Positions 27,281 through 36,603 of a DNA stretch of 64,000 bases are shown piece after piece. The notes beneath the pieces are model-generated. The model was not told the DNA's origin. It saw only the letters and a program-made list of their open reading frames with translations, and searched no databases. The stretch lies in sequence record MT811961.1. One strand, 5' to 3'. How positions within the stretch are numbered: position 1 is the stretch's first letter; every line of letters starts with the position of its first letter. A program made the translations under genes and the position numbers.

Positions 27281-27952
27281 ATGAAACAATATTTACTTGC
27301 TCTTGCTTTACTGTCTCTGTCTTCTTTCTCTTTCAGTTCGAACGCGAATGAATGTTCGACAGGTGGTTGTGGTGATAGTAACTCAAATCTGTCTGGTTCA
27401 CAAAATCAATCACAGTACAATACTTTACAGCAGTCACCGACAATGGCTTTGAATAGCTCACAGTCAAACACAGTTGTAAATGCCACGCACCAAACGAATG
27501 GATCGTTCTCGCATTCAGCGGATGGCGGTATTAACTTTGGCGGTGGTTGTCCTACCAACACACTTATCTTTACAGGTGGTGCTGGTAATAACCGCTCACA
27601 TTCTCGTCCGAGTAATTACCGTAGTGACAGCAACAACATGTATGCGGCAGTGAGTCTCGTTGTACCATTTGGTGAAGCGGTAGACAACTGTCAAGAACGC
27701 GAGGCGGTTTCTGTTAAGGCAGCCAAGTACGCATATACAAAGCTACAGGTATCTACTTGTCTTGTATTCATGCGTCAGGGCATTAACCTACAGTCACTTG
27801 CAGAAATGGATCCACAGTTCAGTATATGTCCGCGTATTGCCTTAGAAGCAGAACGTAACTTCCATGATGAGATTGGTCGTCGTGCTGTAGAGCAATACAA
27901 AAAGAATATGCAAGCCCAAGGTATCGATATCTACAAAGGCTTTCGTAAGTAA
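27281..27952 (+). CDS. secreted Cys-containing protein with signal peptide
   Basis: MKQYLLALALLSLSSFSFSSNA signal peptide, S/N/Q-rich N-region, GC..TL hairpin, YAAVSLVVPF strand, then C..C..C helical tail. Confidence 0.8.
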   Translation: MKQYLLALALLSLSSFSFSSNANECSTGGCGDSNSNLSGSQNQSQYNTLQQSPTMALNSSQSNTVVNATHQTNGSFSHSADGGINFGGGCPTNTLIFTGGAGNNRSHSRPSNYRSDSNNMYAAVSLVVPFGEAVDNCQEREAVSVKAAKYAYTKLQVSTCLVFMRQGINLQSLAEMDPQFSICPRIALEAERNFHDEIGRRAVEQYKKNMQAQGIDIYKGFRK

Positions 27953-28014
27953 TAAACTCGATGCCTCTTACGAGAGGCATCTATGATTATTATTTATCCC
28001 AGGAGAAAACAACC

Positions 28015-28317
28015 ATGGATTCATTAACAAAAGCATTGAACATTTTGGATGATCTAGATCGCCATCATGTTTATCCTCATCGCTATCTAGCATACCAGAT
28101 CAAAATGCTGGATGACGATGTTGCAGTTAAACACATCCTTACTCGTCTAGCGACGCGCGCTAGTTATGAGAATCAACCTTCATTAGTTATGGCTGCTTTT
28201 GAAGCGGCACCAACCCACGTACGACTAGAGTTCGATCGTGAGAATGGATCTGTCCGTAAAATAACGGCAGGCGAGATGCTAAACGAAATGCGCGCACTTA
28301 AACACATCAAAGCTTAA
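28015..28317 (+). CDS. hypothetical protein
   Basis: Likely start MDSLTK at 28015 (AGGAG RBS). Confidence 0.7.
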   Translation: MDSLTKALNILDDLDRHHVYPHRYLAYQIKMLDDDVAVKHILTRLATRASYENQPSLVMAAFEAAPTHVRLEFDRENGSVRKITAGEMLNEMRALKHIKA

Positions 28318-28331
28318 TCGGAGAAATAACC

Positions 28332-30464
28332 ATGAATGCAATTAGTCTAAAAACACCAGCTCGTTTCCTTAAAGAACTCTTCTCGGATGTAACCTATTTC
28401 CAACAGTATGAAAATAGCTGTGAAGTATTTACATTCAAACTAGGGAACAAAGCTCTAACTCGACTAAACAATGTCTTCGGCATCAAGCTTCGTTCTCGGG
28501 TAAGTTACCCAATCGGTCACATGCATGAAATGATGCTCGGTAAACGCAAGCCAGATGTTGGTTTAGTACTATTGATGATTTGTCGTGGTGAATTTGAAAA
28601 CATCAAAACGAATCTTCATGTGGCTACTATTGTTAAGCAGCGCTTCGATGGAATCAAAGATGTCAACGACCTGCCGTACGGTGCGTCAATGGAAATGAAA
28701 CTCCAGCGCATCTTTGCTCATAGTACATATGGTGTTACTGGTACCGTCTTGACTAAAGAGACAGTCAGCCTAGCCGCCGCAGACGAAACAGTGGCGAAAA
28801 TCGGCTGTGCCCTTGAACGAAGTGCTGACATCAAACACATCAGTGGTGTGATTTCAGACAGTACTATTTCAGAAGCGTTTACTTGTCCGATCATCGCTGG
28901 CATTAAAGCATGGCATGTCAATATCATGATGTTTATGGGCATGATGGAAAACAAAGAACCAGGTTCACTAAAAGAACATGGTCTGGTAACCTCATCATGG
29001 GTTGACTTATTCCGTGACACAGATAACCACGCCCGCCTAAACAACCTGCTACAATCACTAATTCAACCACAAACTAAAACAGAAGATAAAGAGGAAATTC
29101 CTATGAACAACAAACTTCTATCTCGTGCATACGTAACCGAAACAATCGCAATGCTACGTAGCCTACCTGGCATGTTTATGTCACATTTAAATGCTAAGTC
29201 AGCCGATGGTACTTGGACTATCCATATTACAGCAGACATTGCTAAAATTCTTGCTGACCGCGGTTACTGGACAACTCGCGGCGTTGGTGCTTGTGTTCTT
29301 GATGCCAAGAACATCAAGGATTCTATCTCTAGTTACATCATGAGTAACACCGAAGCGAATGAGGTAGTTCCTTTGATCCTATTTACTGCATTTAAGATGA
29401 CTGAGTTCCCTATCGACAAATGTCTAGATAGCGGTGCAAAATTGGTACTAGACAAGATTGCTCCTGCAACCAACCAAGCTCAAATCATCGCCCCTGATGA
29501 ACGCAACATGATCAAGGAAATTTACCAAATGAATTTCCGTGCATCACACCATCCAGAAGGCATTATGATTATATTGTCAGAAAATGTGGCATCTGTTTTA
29601 AACCATTTCTCTGGCAAGAATCTATTCACTGGCGGTGCAATGCGTCTGAACTCAAGTGAGTTACAAAAACTGATGCAGGATGAAGATCGACCACTTGCGT
29701 TCCGTCTGGCTGTCTTTGCAGTAGTTGATGCAACGACCACAAAGGATCCGGAAAGTGCTTTTAAAGAAGCATGTCATATCGCTACAGCTGAAGAGTTTAC
29801 CAAATGGGCAACAAACATCATTGTACAGCATGACAAGCTAGTGAAGCACATGCAGCCGCACGCACAATACCAGTTTGGTCATGCACCAAACCAAGACTTC
29901 GGTGGGTTTACTTCGCCTAGCTATGGTCCACTCATCAACAGCCAGGCAATGGAAACTGTAGCTAAGAATCTGAAGGAAATGACCTCAGACATTGAACTGT
30001 TAATGCCAGAAGGTACGCATTTCACTCCGGGCGTAATGGTCAAGCTTGTACTTAAGCCAGGTTGTGATATTGAGTTCCCTAATCTTTGCGGTGCATTGCA
30101 ACCACTTACGATTACTCCAATCTCAGTAATGGTAGGTGAGTCAACAGTAATGCGTGTAATGATTGGTCACATGCATCAAGACCATCAGGCAACTAACATG
30201 TTTGCTGAAATGCTAGTGAACAAAGAAACTCGCTCTATCGAAGATCTCATTGGCATTGTGGCAGGTATCCTAGGACATAGTCTAGCACCTCAACCATCGC
30301 AAGAGTTGATCAGCGAAGTTGTGCGTGCATTGCGTGGTATGGGCGTCGGCATTCCTGTACCTGCGACGGCACATGACCTGTTGACTGCATTGACTACTGC
30401 TTTAGGTAACAAGGCGCGCGCTAATGCGGGTCAATATGATCCACGCCGTGCGTTCGTTTGGTAA
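28332..30464 (+). CDS. large hypothetical protein
   Basis: 710-aa ORF with GGAG RBS. No recognisable catalytic motif. Confidence 0.8.
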   Translation: MNAISLKTPARFLKELFSDVTYFQQYENSCEVFTFKLGNKALTRLNNVFGIKLRSRVSYPIGHMHEMMLGKRKPDVGLVLLMICRGEFENIKTNLHVATIVKQRFDGIKDVNDLPYGASMEMKLQRIFAHSTYGVTGTVLTKETVSLAAADETVAKIGCALERSADIKHISGVISDSTISEAFTCPIIAGIKAWHVNIMMFMGMMENKEPGSLKEHGLVTSSWVDLFRDTDNHARLNNLLQSLIQPQTKTEDKEEIPMNNKLLSRAYVTETIAMLRSLPGMFMSHLNAKSADGTWTIHITADIAKILADRGYWTTRGVGACVLDAKNIKDSISSYIMSNTEANEVVPLILFTAFKMTEFPIDKCLDSGAKLVLDKIAPATNQAQIIAPDERNMIKEIYQMNFRASHHPEGIMIILSENVASVLNHFSGKNLFTGGAMRLNSSELQKLMQDEDRPLAFRLAVFAVVDATTTKDPESAFKEACHIATAEEFTKWATNIIVQHDKLVKHMQPHAQYQFGHAPNQDFGGFTSPSYGPLINSQAMETVAKNLKEMTSDIELLMPEGTHFTPGVMVKLVLKPGCDIEFPNLCGALQPLTITPISVMVGESTVMRVMIGHMHQDHQATNMFAEMLVNKETRSIEDLIGIVAGILGHSLAPQPSQELISEVVRALRGMGVGIPVPATAHDLLTALTTALGNKARANAGQYDPRRAFVW

Positions 30465-30473
30465 TAACCAAAA

Positions 30474-30520
30474 GGATCTTCTGCCTTAGGGCAGGAGGTC
30501 CTGTTTCTTTTACCTTTTCT
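30474..30520 (+). terminator. intrinsic terminator
   Basis: GGATCTTCTGCC-TTAG-GGCAGGAGGTCC followed by T-rich tract. Confidence 0.8.
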
Positions 30521-30581
30521 TTTTCGACCACAATACTTAATTGTATGTAACACATCTTCCAACAACAAAACGGAGATACGC

Positions 30582-31496
30582 ATGAGTATGCCAACCTGCC
30601 AAGAAATCATTAATGCAATTCGACTTAGCTGTTCGGAAAGCTGCTATGACTTCTTTTTCCTCAATGACTTTGAGGATCATTACAATCATCTGGTCAAACT
30701 AGGTTTTGATACAGATATGAAATGGGCACACTTACTTGCTCAGTTACGTCACGAGTCCGGTGGTTTTGCTTTCTTCATGGAGAATCTAAACTACTCAGAA
30801 AAAGCAGTAATGCGTGTTTGGCCTAAACGCTTTAAGACACGTGCTGGTGCTCGTAAAGTAGCTCGTAACCCACAAGCTCTAGCCAATGCGGTTTACAATG
30901 GTCGCATGGGTAACCGAATGGGTACAGACGATGGATGGAACTTCCGTGGTCGTGGTCTTATTCAATTGACTGGTCGAAACAACTATCTGGACATTACACG
31001 CAAGTTCGGTTTGGACTTTCTTAATGACCCAGATCGTTTGGCTAAACAAGCTAAGTCAATGTGGTGGGCAGCCGGTGATTTCTTTGCAACACGCAAACGT
31101 GGCGGTAAGACTCTTATTGAGTTAGCTGCTAATAATGACGTGCGCAATCTAACCCGTGCAATCAATGGTGGGTATCATGGTTTAGAAGATCGTAAAGCTT
31201 GGACTGAGTTTTACATTTCTGCTTTCCGTAATACCAGCAAGCTAGGTCGTACTAGTCTTGTTAAACGCGGCAGTCGCGGTAAGTTCACGAAGAACGTACA
31301 GCACATGCTATTCAAACTTGGTTATCTAACTAAGTCATATCAAGTCGACGGCAAATACGGTCCTTCTACTGAGGCAGCTATTAAACAGTTCCAGAAATGG
31401 GCAGACCTCAAACAGGACGGTATCGTCGGTTCAAACACATACGTCACTCTCTTCGTTCGTTATGATGAGGCGATGGACATCGAACAAAATTTCTAA
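30582..31496 (+). CDS. glycoside hydrolase family 19 lysin with C-terminal peptidoglycan-binding domain
   Basis: AHLLAQLRHESGGF..FMENLNYS, DGWNFRGRGLIQLTGRNNY, INGGYHGLEDR, and C-terminal V...Q..L......VDG.YGP.T..AI..FQ....L..DGIVG. Confidence 0.92.
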   Translation: MSMPTCQEIINAIRLSCSESCYDFFFLNDFEDHYNHLVKLGFDTDMKWAHLLAQLRHESGGFAFFMENLNYSEKAVMRVWPKRFKTRAGARKVARNPQALANAVYNGRMGNRMGTDDGWNFRGRGLIQLTGRNNYLDITRKFGLDFLNDPDRLAKQAKSMWWAAGDFFATRKRGGKTLIELAANNDVRNLTRAINGGYHGLEDRKAWTEFYISAFRNTSKLGRTSLVKRGSRGKFTKNVQHMLFKLGYLTKSYQVDGKYGPSTEAAIKQFQKWADLKQDGIVGSNTYVTLFVRYDEAMDIEQNF

Positions 31497-31508
31497 AGGA
31501 ATCACATC

Positions 31509-32363
31509 ATGAATGCTGATAACATTTCAAAAGCAGTTGCTTTGGGCAACAACTTCTCTTCTCGTGCATTGGTACTAGCTAACGCACGCCGCATCGGAGT
31601 ACACGAAGGTACACGCATTGAAAACCGTCGCGTAGATACGTCAGGTGATCTTGCGGTGGCACTTCTTCTATTGGATGCATCTGCATACCACATCTCTACG
31701 ACTTTTCGTCAGCACACAATTGCGCTAGACAAGAGTCATGATGCAAACAAGAAAGCCAAAGCAACAATGGACACAATCCGCAATGGTATTTGTCGCTTTA
31801 CTTCTGAAACGTTTGCGTTCTTTTATCCTGAACACGATCACCTATTTACCTCAGTATCTAACCCATGGTTAACTGAAGGTATTAAGACAGCACGTGCCAT
31901 TGCACTATTGCTGCCTATGGCGATCGCTCGTTTAGCATCCGTGGCATATCGTCGTCGCGGTAGCTGGGAAGAAAAGATTATCGCACCAATCCTAGATGAT
32001 CTAGTTTGGTTAGCTAACGTACTTGTACGTGGCCTGCCTGGTGGTAAAGTAACAGAAGGTACTTTCCATGTTGACAAGATCGAAACTTTCCATGATATGT
32101 TTGTGGGTTATGTTGGCGAAGGTACACAGCCTAACAACATGCCGGCTAAACCAGTTGCAAACATCTCGCCTGATGTAAGTCTGTACCTAGGTACAAAACT
32201 TAACTCGTTCAAATGGCACGCTTCGCATCTTAAAGAAGGTGGCTCTGTTGTCATTCCACGACACAGCATCATGCGTTTTGGTAGCCGTGCTTACATGGCA
32301 ACAAAACTACTTGAACTCAAACCAGACTACCAGCTACAGTCTGGCGACTTTAACATCCTTTAA
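31509..32363 (+). CDS. hypothetical protein
   Basis: 284-aa ORF with AAGGA RBS. Confidence 0.75.
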   Translation: MNADNISKAVALGNNFSSRALVLANARRIGVHEGTRIENRRVDTSGDLAVALLLLDASAYHISTTFRQHTIALDKSHDANKKAKATMDTIRNGICRFTSETFAFFYPEHDHLFTSVSNPWLTEGIKTARAIALLLPMAIARLASVAYRRRGSWEEKIIAPILDDLVWLANVLVRGLPGGKVTEGTFHVDKIETFHDMFVGYVGEGTQPNNMPAKPVANISPDVSLYLGTKLNSFKWHASHLKEGGSVVIPRHSIMRFGSRAYMATKLLELKPDYQLQSGDFNIL

Positions 32364-32378
32364 TTGGAGAATTTAACA

Positions 32379-32888
32379 ATGGCTCGTTTATCTAACAAAG
32401 ACGTACTTAAAGCAATCGCAGCTCTTAACATCACACCCAAGTTTGAAGAGCTTGCTCGCGATGCCTTTAAGGCAATCATCGAAGAAGTGAAAGAAGAAAA
32501 AGAATCGATCACGGTCACAGGCTATGGTAAGTTTATCTATAGTGCAGGTAGTCAATCTCGTCATCCGTCGATTTCTTTCCGTCCTTCTAAGAAAGTTCTA
32601 CGTAGTGCCGATGAAATCACTACGGAAACACCATTCGACAACATCATCTGTGAGTGCAGTCGTGATGCCTTCTTTACCAAGGTGGGTATCATTAAGACCG
32701 AACGCCTTGCTGCGCTGTTTGCCTTGATTGCATTTAAAGTAGCTTATGTCGGTGATGCTCCTGTGGCAATCACTAACTGTGGTCGCTTTAAAGTAACAGA
32801 GCGATTGGTTGAATCTGTAGCAGGTAAGAAGATCGCTAACCCAGGCATTCGTTACAGCTACTCTCACCGCCTGCCACTGAAGGGTTAA
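32379..32888 (+). CDS. tandem HU/IHF-like histone-like protein
   Basis: Two HU-like repeats (ITVTGYGKF...ISFRPSKK and VAITNCGRFKV...IRYSYS). Likely start MARLS at 32379. Confidence 0.6.
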   Translation: MARLSNKDVLKAIAALNITPKFEELARDAFKAIIEEVKEEKESITVTGYGKFIYSAGSQSRHPSISFRPSKKVLRSADEITTETPFDNIICECSRDAFFTKVGIIKTERLAALFALIAFKVAYVGDAPVAITNCGRFKVTERLVESVAGKKIANPGIRYSYSHRLPLKG

Positions 32889-32895
32889 GTTAACG

Positions 32896-33618
32896 ATGAT
32901 TAGTCAAGAGCTTTATCGAGCAAGTAATGACGAACATCGAGTATTGCGTACCATTAGCTCTATTGCTAATGGGCGCTTTGCGATTAGTTCAACGGAACTA
33001 CTTGACTCAAAGACAGGGATGAAGATCGTCTTTCGTACAGATGACGTCGAGTGGACGGACGTCTTTCTAACTGATATCGAAGGGCTGGTGGCCGTAGACG
33101 AACAAGTGAGTGTGTTCTGGCTATGGTGTCTGTCTCGTCGTCCTATTCCTGCGATTAGTGATGCTCAGTTACTTGATCCAGATATCGGTATTAAGGTAAT
33201 TGCCGAGTCAGAAGCACATGTGCGCCAAGGCTTGTTTATCTACCAATACACAAAACCAATCACCCATTCATTCCATCGTACATATCGCCATGTGCCAGGC
33301 GTGAGTCGTGTAATCGTTACTGAGGATGGTGAGTTCCGTCACACATCCAATCGTGAGTTATTCCCATCTGTAAACAATGGATATGAAGTGCGGGTAGAAA
33401 ACGATCTGGATAAAACAATCGTTGTTACCTTCGCAGAACTCGCTATGGCAGCCAAGCTAGATGGTACAAAACCTATCGAGAACGAGAACATCGTTTTCTT
33501 GGATGGTGATGAAACAAACCTGGCGATGGATAACCTGGCTATTCCTGAAGAAGTAGACGGAACAGCCAAAATTGTCATGCGCGATGGCACACAACCAACT
33601 TACCTCAAATTAGACTAA
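32896..33618 (+). CDS. protein with degenerate NUMOD4/HNH-like C-terminal region
   Basis: VPGVSRVIVTEDGEFR (NUMOD4-like) and IVFLDGDETNLAMDNL (HNH_3-like H.DG...NN...NL without the His). Confidence 0.45.
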   Translation: MISQELYRASNDEHRVLRTISSIANGRFAISSTELLDSKTGMKIVFRTDDVEWTDVFLTDIEGLVAVDEQVSVFWLWCLSRRPIPAISDAQLLDPDIGIKVIAESEAHVRQGLFIYQYTKPITHSFHRTYRHVPGVSRVIVTEDGEFRHTSNRELFPSVNNGYEVRVENDLDKTIVVTFAELAMAAKLDGTKPIENENIVFLDGDETNLAMDNLAIPEEVDGTAKIVMRDGTQPTYLKLD

Positions 33619-33631
33619 GAAGGTCAATACC

Positions 33632-33991
33632 ATGGATCAACTTAATTTCAGTAGTCTTTCAGACCAAGCTCAATTTATTTACAATGCTACAGACATGTCA
33701 AAACCTGTTCTGCCGCTAACGGCGGGTAATGCAATGTTGATAAAAGAGTTTTTGTTTCGTGAACCTAAATCCGATATCCGTATCGATTTTCGTGAAGGGC
33801 ACTATCGCATAGTCAACGTATACGAAGAGGGCGTAAGCTATAACTTCGAACTCGTTGAGATGGATAGCCAACAACATGAAACAGTGAGTCTGGTAATCCT
33901 GAGTCAAGAAAAGTGCGAGATGGATGTACGCACGGTCAATGGATTTAATCTCTTTTTACAAGAGCTGGGCGCAGAACGCATCCTGCTATAA
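33632..33991 (+). CDS. hypothetical protein
   Basis: 119-aa ORF with AAGG RBS. Confidence 0.7.
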   Translation: MDQLNFSSLSDQAQFIYNATDMSKPVLPLTAGNAMLIKEFLFREPKSDIRIDFREGHYRIVNVYEEGVSYNFELVEMDSQQHETVSLVILSQEKCEMDVRTVNGFNLFLQELGAERILL

Positions 33992-34007
33992 ACAATAGCA
34001 TTTAATA

Positions 34008-34028
34008 GAGGGAGGCAGAACCTCCCTC
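34008..34028 (+). terminator. probable terminator hairpin
   Basis: GAGGGAGG-CAGAA-CCTCCCTC. Confidence 0.55.
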
Positions 34029-34062
34029 ATCTTTCATATATCTTTATATAAGGGCAATACCC

Positions 34063-35127
34063 ATGAACTTCAAAAACATCAAACTAACAAACGACTTCCT
34101 TGTTAGCATCGGCCAATCAATGGTACTTAACCAGGAAAGCTTGTCAATGCTTTACCGCAACAAAGTAATCGACCTTTACCAAGTGGCTTTGGCGGAGTGG
34201 ACACCAATCAATGAGAAGAACGGGACTGATCGTCCAAAGACTCATTTGTTCGCAAGCCAAACAAAGATCGTTTACATCGACTGCTACCCAATCAACATCA
34301 TCGAGATTGTGGAATTCCCGGATACCATAGCGGTTATCAAATATACGGAAGCACGCAACCCGATGTATTGGGAAAAGATCTGTGAAGAGTTCCGTGCCAA
34401 AGGACGCACCTCAAAAGCAATCCCTGAAAGCATCTGTCAATTCGATACATCTGGTCGATTAGTGGATGGTATGTTCCTTAATGCGGTTAAATCCAATACT
34501 GTAAACTTTATGAAAACAGTTTATAGTGCAAACTACACCGAAGTGACATACGAGTGTGTACGAGAGTTCGATAAAGAAGTTGTATTGGACTCAGACTGGA
34601 TTGCCACCATTGACAAGATGCGACCTGCAATGTCCGAATATGGTATCTGGGCTTGTCGCACACAGTTGTCAAATCAGTCAGCAGCTAAACTCGATCCAGG
34701 TGTAGCTACAAACCTGCCAATCCAAAAGCGTGACATGGCTAACTTTGTATCGCTTAACGAAACAACGCCTAATGGTGCAAAAGTTGTAGAATACTTTGAT
34801 TGTGTCAAAACAGGTAATGTGTTCACAGTACATCGTGAAACAAAAGACAGCAAGTTCCCAATGGCATTTACATGTCGAAACAAAGCTGGACAACTTCTAA
34901 TCAAACGTACGCCTGGTGCGATCTTTAATTACGAGTACGATAAGGACAATATCCTTAAAGTACGTTCATCAATGTCTATCAAGACAGGTGAGCAACATAA
35001 GATCTCCTACAAGCTACGTCGTGACGAAGAAGGTAACCCAGTAGACTTCTTGTGTGCCAAAGGTCTATGGGACCAAGTACCAGTTCGCTACTCTAAGCTT
35101 TCGTTCCCTGTTAGTCCATTCGCTTAA
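34063..35127 (+). CDS. hypothetical beta-rich protein
   Basis: 354-aa ORF. Confidence 0.75.
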   Translation: MNFKNIKLTNDFLVSIGQSMVLNQESLSMLYRNKVIDLYQVALAEWTPINEKNGTDRPKTHLFASQTKIVYIDCYPINIIEIVEFPDTIAVIKYTEARNPMYWEKICEEFRAKGRTSKAIPESICQFDTSGRLVDGMFLNAVKSNTVNFMKTVYSANYTEVTYECVREFDKEVVLDSDWIATIDKMRPAMSEYGIWACRTQLSNQSAAKLDPGVATNLPIQKRDMANFVSLNETTPNGAKVVEYFDCVKTGNVFTVHRETKDSKFPMAFTCRNKAGQLLIKRTPGAIFNYEYDKDNILKVRSSMSIKTGEQHKISYKLRRDEEGNPVDFLCAKGLWDQVPVRYSKLSFPVSPFA

Positions 35128-35135
35128 TAACATCC

Positions 35136-35170
35136 CCCTGCCTCCTTCGGGAGGTGGGGTTCTGTATTTA
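35136..35170 (+). terminator. intrinsic terminator
   Basis: CCCTGCCTCC-TTCG-GGAGGTGGGG followed by T-rich tract. Confidence 0.8.
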
Positions 35171-35176
35171 TTTATC

Positions 35177-35213
35177 TCTATATAACCTACATGGATTGAA
35201 TGACTTGATCCAT
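35177..35213 (+). promoter_or_regulatory. early-type promoter TCTATATAAC plus leader hairpin ATGGATTG-N7-TGATCCAT
   Basis: Near-identical to the 23366 copy. The stem is kept through G-U pairs. Confidence 0.75.
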
Positions 35214-35243
35214 ATCTTAAACTAAATCATAGGAATTAAAACC

Positions 35244-35753
35244 ATGAACAAACATATCAGTTTCGAACACGTAGACGCTACTCCTCTTTCTTTCGGTTTC
35301 CCACATGACCTAGCAGCGCTGTCTAATAAGCGTATCCCAGAACGCGCTACACTTGATCCTGTCGTGATTGTGCAAGACTTTGAACTTCGTGTTAAGCTAC
35401 AAGGCGAAGAATTCCCAGTGAAAGGCACAACGCTTAAAAACCAAGGTAGCTCTTTCTATGTCACACAAGAAGGTGGCTTTGATGACATGTTCCTAGACAT
35501 GACTGTAAAACTACCTATTGCTGACGAGGTAGGCCGCTTCCTGTTTGATCGCCAATACGATCCACAACAGATCTCTCGTCTAGCTTGGGAAGTTCATCTG
35601 TTAGGTGAAGTTAACTTAAAGAGCGGTATCGTAAAAGTATCGGCTGAAAAGGTTCGTTTAGTTGGCGGCGGTAAACTTTCACGTACGCTTAACAAAGACA
35701 TCATTGTTTTATTGTCTGGCGTTGGTTACAACCTAGATGCAACTTTCTCTTAA
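35244..35753 (+). CDS. early hypothetical protein
   Basis: 169 aa, AGGAA RBS, directly after the promoter motif. Confidence 0.75.
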   Translation: MNKHISFEHVDATPLSFGFPHDLAALSNKRIPERATLDPVVIVQDFELRVKLQGEEFPVKGTTLKNQGSSFYVTQEGGFDDMFLDMTVKLPIADEVGRFLFDRQYDPQQISRLAWEVHLLGEVNLKSGIVKVSAEKVRLVGGGKLSRTLNKDIIVLLSGVGYNLDATFS

Positions 35754-35768
35754 TAGGAAATCAATATC

Positions 35769-36587
35769 ATGTTAGAATTTACACGCTTACAACGAGTACA
35801 AATGTCTGGTTTTAATTCAGTGGATGCAGAAGCATTCTCTTTAAGTCATATTGCAAATCACCTTGCAGTGGGCTTTTGGCTAGATCGTATTTCACAATGC
35901 GGCTTTAGTGACCGCCGTAACTTCTCTCCGATCCATGCGTTGGTAGCGGCATGTCTATACCGCAACTCGCTACATGACGTCACAGTCACCACAGAGTCCG
36001 CTGATGGTTGTCTTGTTATCATCAATGGGGTTGAAGAAGGAGAGACTCTTTTCAGCATTGTTGTCGATACTGCCCGCAATGTGGTATCAGTCAAGCTGAA
36101 TGAGATGGCTGGGAGACCTGTGACCACTCGCTATAGTCTTTCCGTGATGAATGGTAAGCTATGCATTGTGGATGGAATGCGTGATGATGAGGGCATTGCA
36201 AAGTTCTATTATCATCGTTGCTCTATGACTGGCAAACTACTTGCAGTTACAGAAAGTCGCTTGAAGGACAATGGACGTCGAATCACTACTACAGAGTACG
36301 TCAATGCGGGCATGATGGCTATCAATAAAGTAGACACTGACAAAGGCAATGTCTTTGGCTATGCTACACAGATGTACGCTAGTGGAGAAGTCGACATGGC
36401 GTTCCGTTACTACATCCCAATTTTCGAAGAGTGCAAAGATGAGTACTCGATCATACGAATTAATGGGGAGTTCCAACTGTACCATGGAGACAAAGACAAC
36501 AAGAAACCAATCGCGAGTGTTCTTGGGTCTGGCGATGCCATGAAGTTGGAGCTAGGTAAAAACGTACTCGAATTCAAAACTATTTAG
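35769..36587 (+). CDS. hypothetical protein
   Basis: 272 aa with AGGAAA RBS. Confidence 0.75.
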   Translation: MLEFTRLQRVQMSGFNSVDAEAFSLSHIANHLAVGFWLDRISQCGFSDRRNFSPIHALVAACLYRNSLHDVTVTTESADGCLVIINGVEEGETLFSIVVDTARNVVSVKLNEMAGRPVTTRYSLSVMNGKLCIVDGMRDDEGIAKFYYHRCSMTGKLLAVTESRLKDNGRRITTTEYVNAGMMAINKVDTDKGNVFGYATQMYASGEVDMAFRYYIPIFEECKDEYSIIRINGEFQLYHGDKDNKKPIASVLGSGDAMKLELGKNVLEFKTI

Positions 36588-36603
36588 TCAGGAAAACCAA
36601 ACC

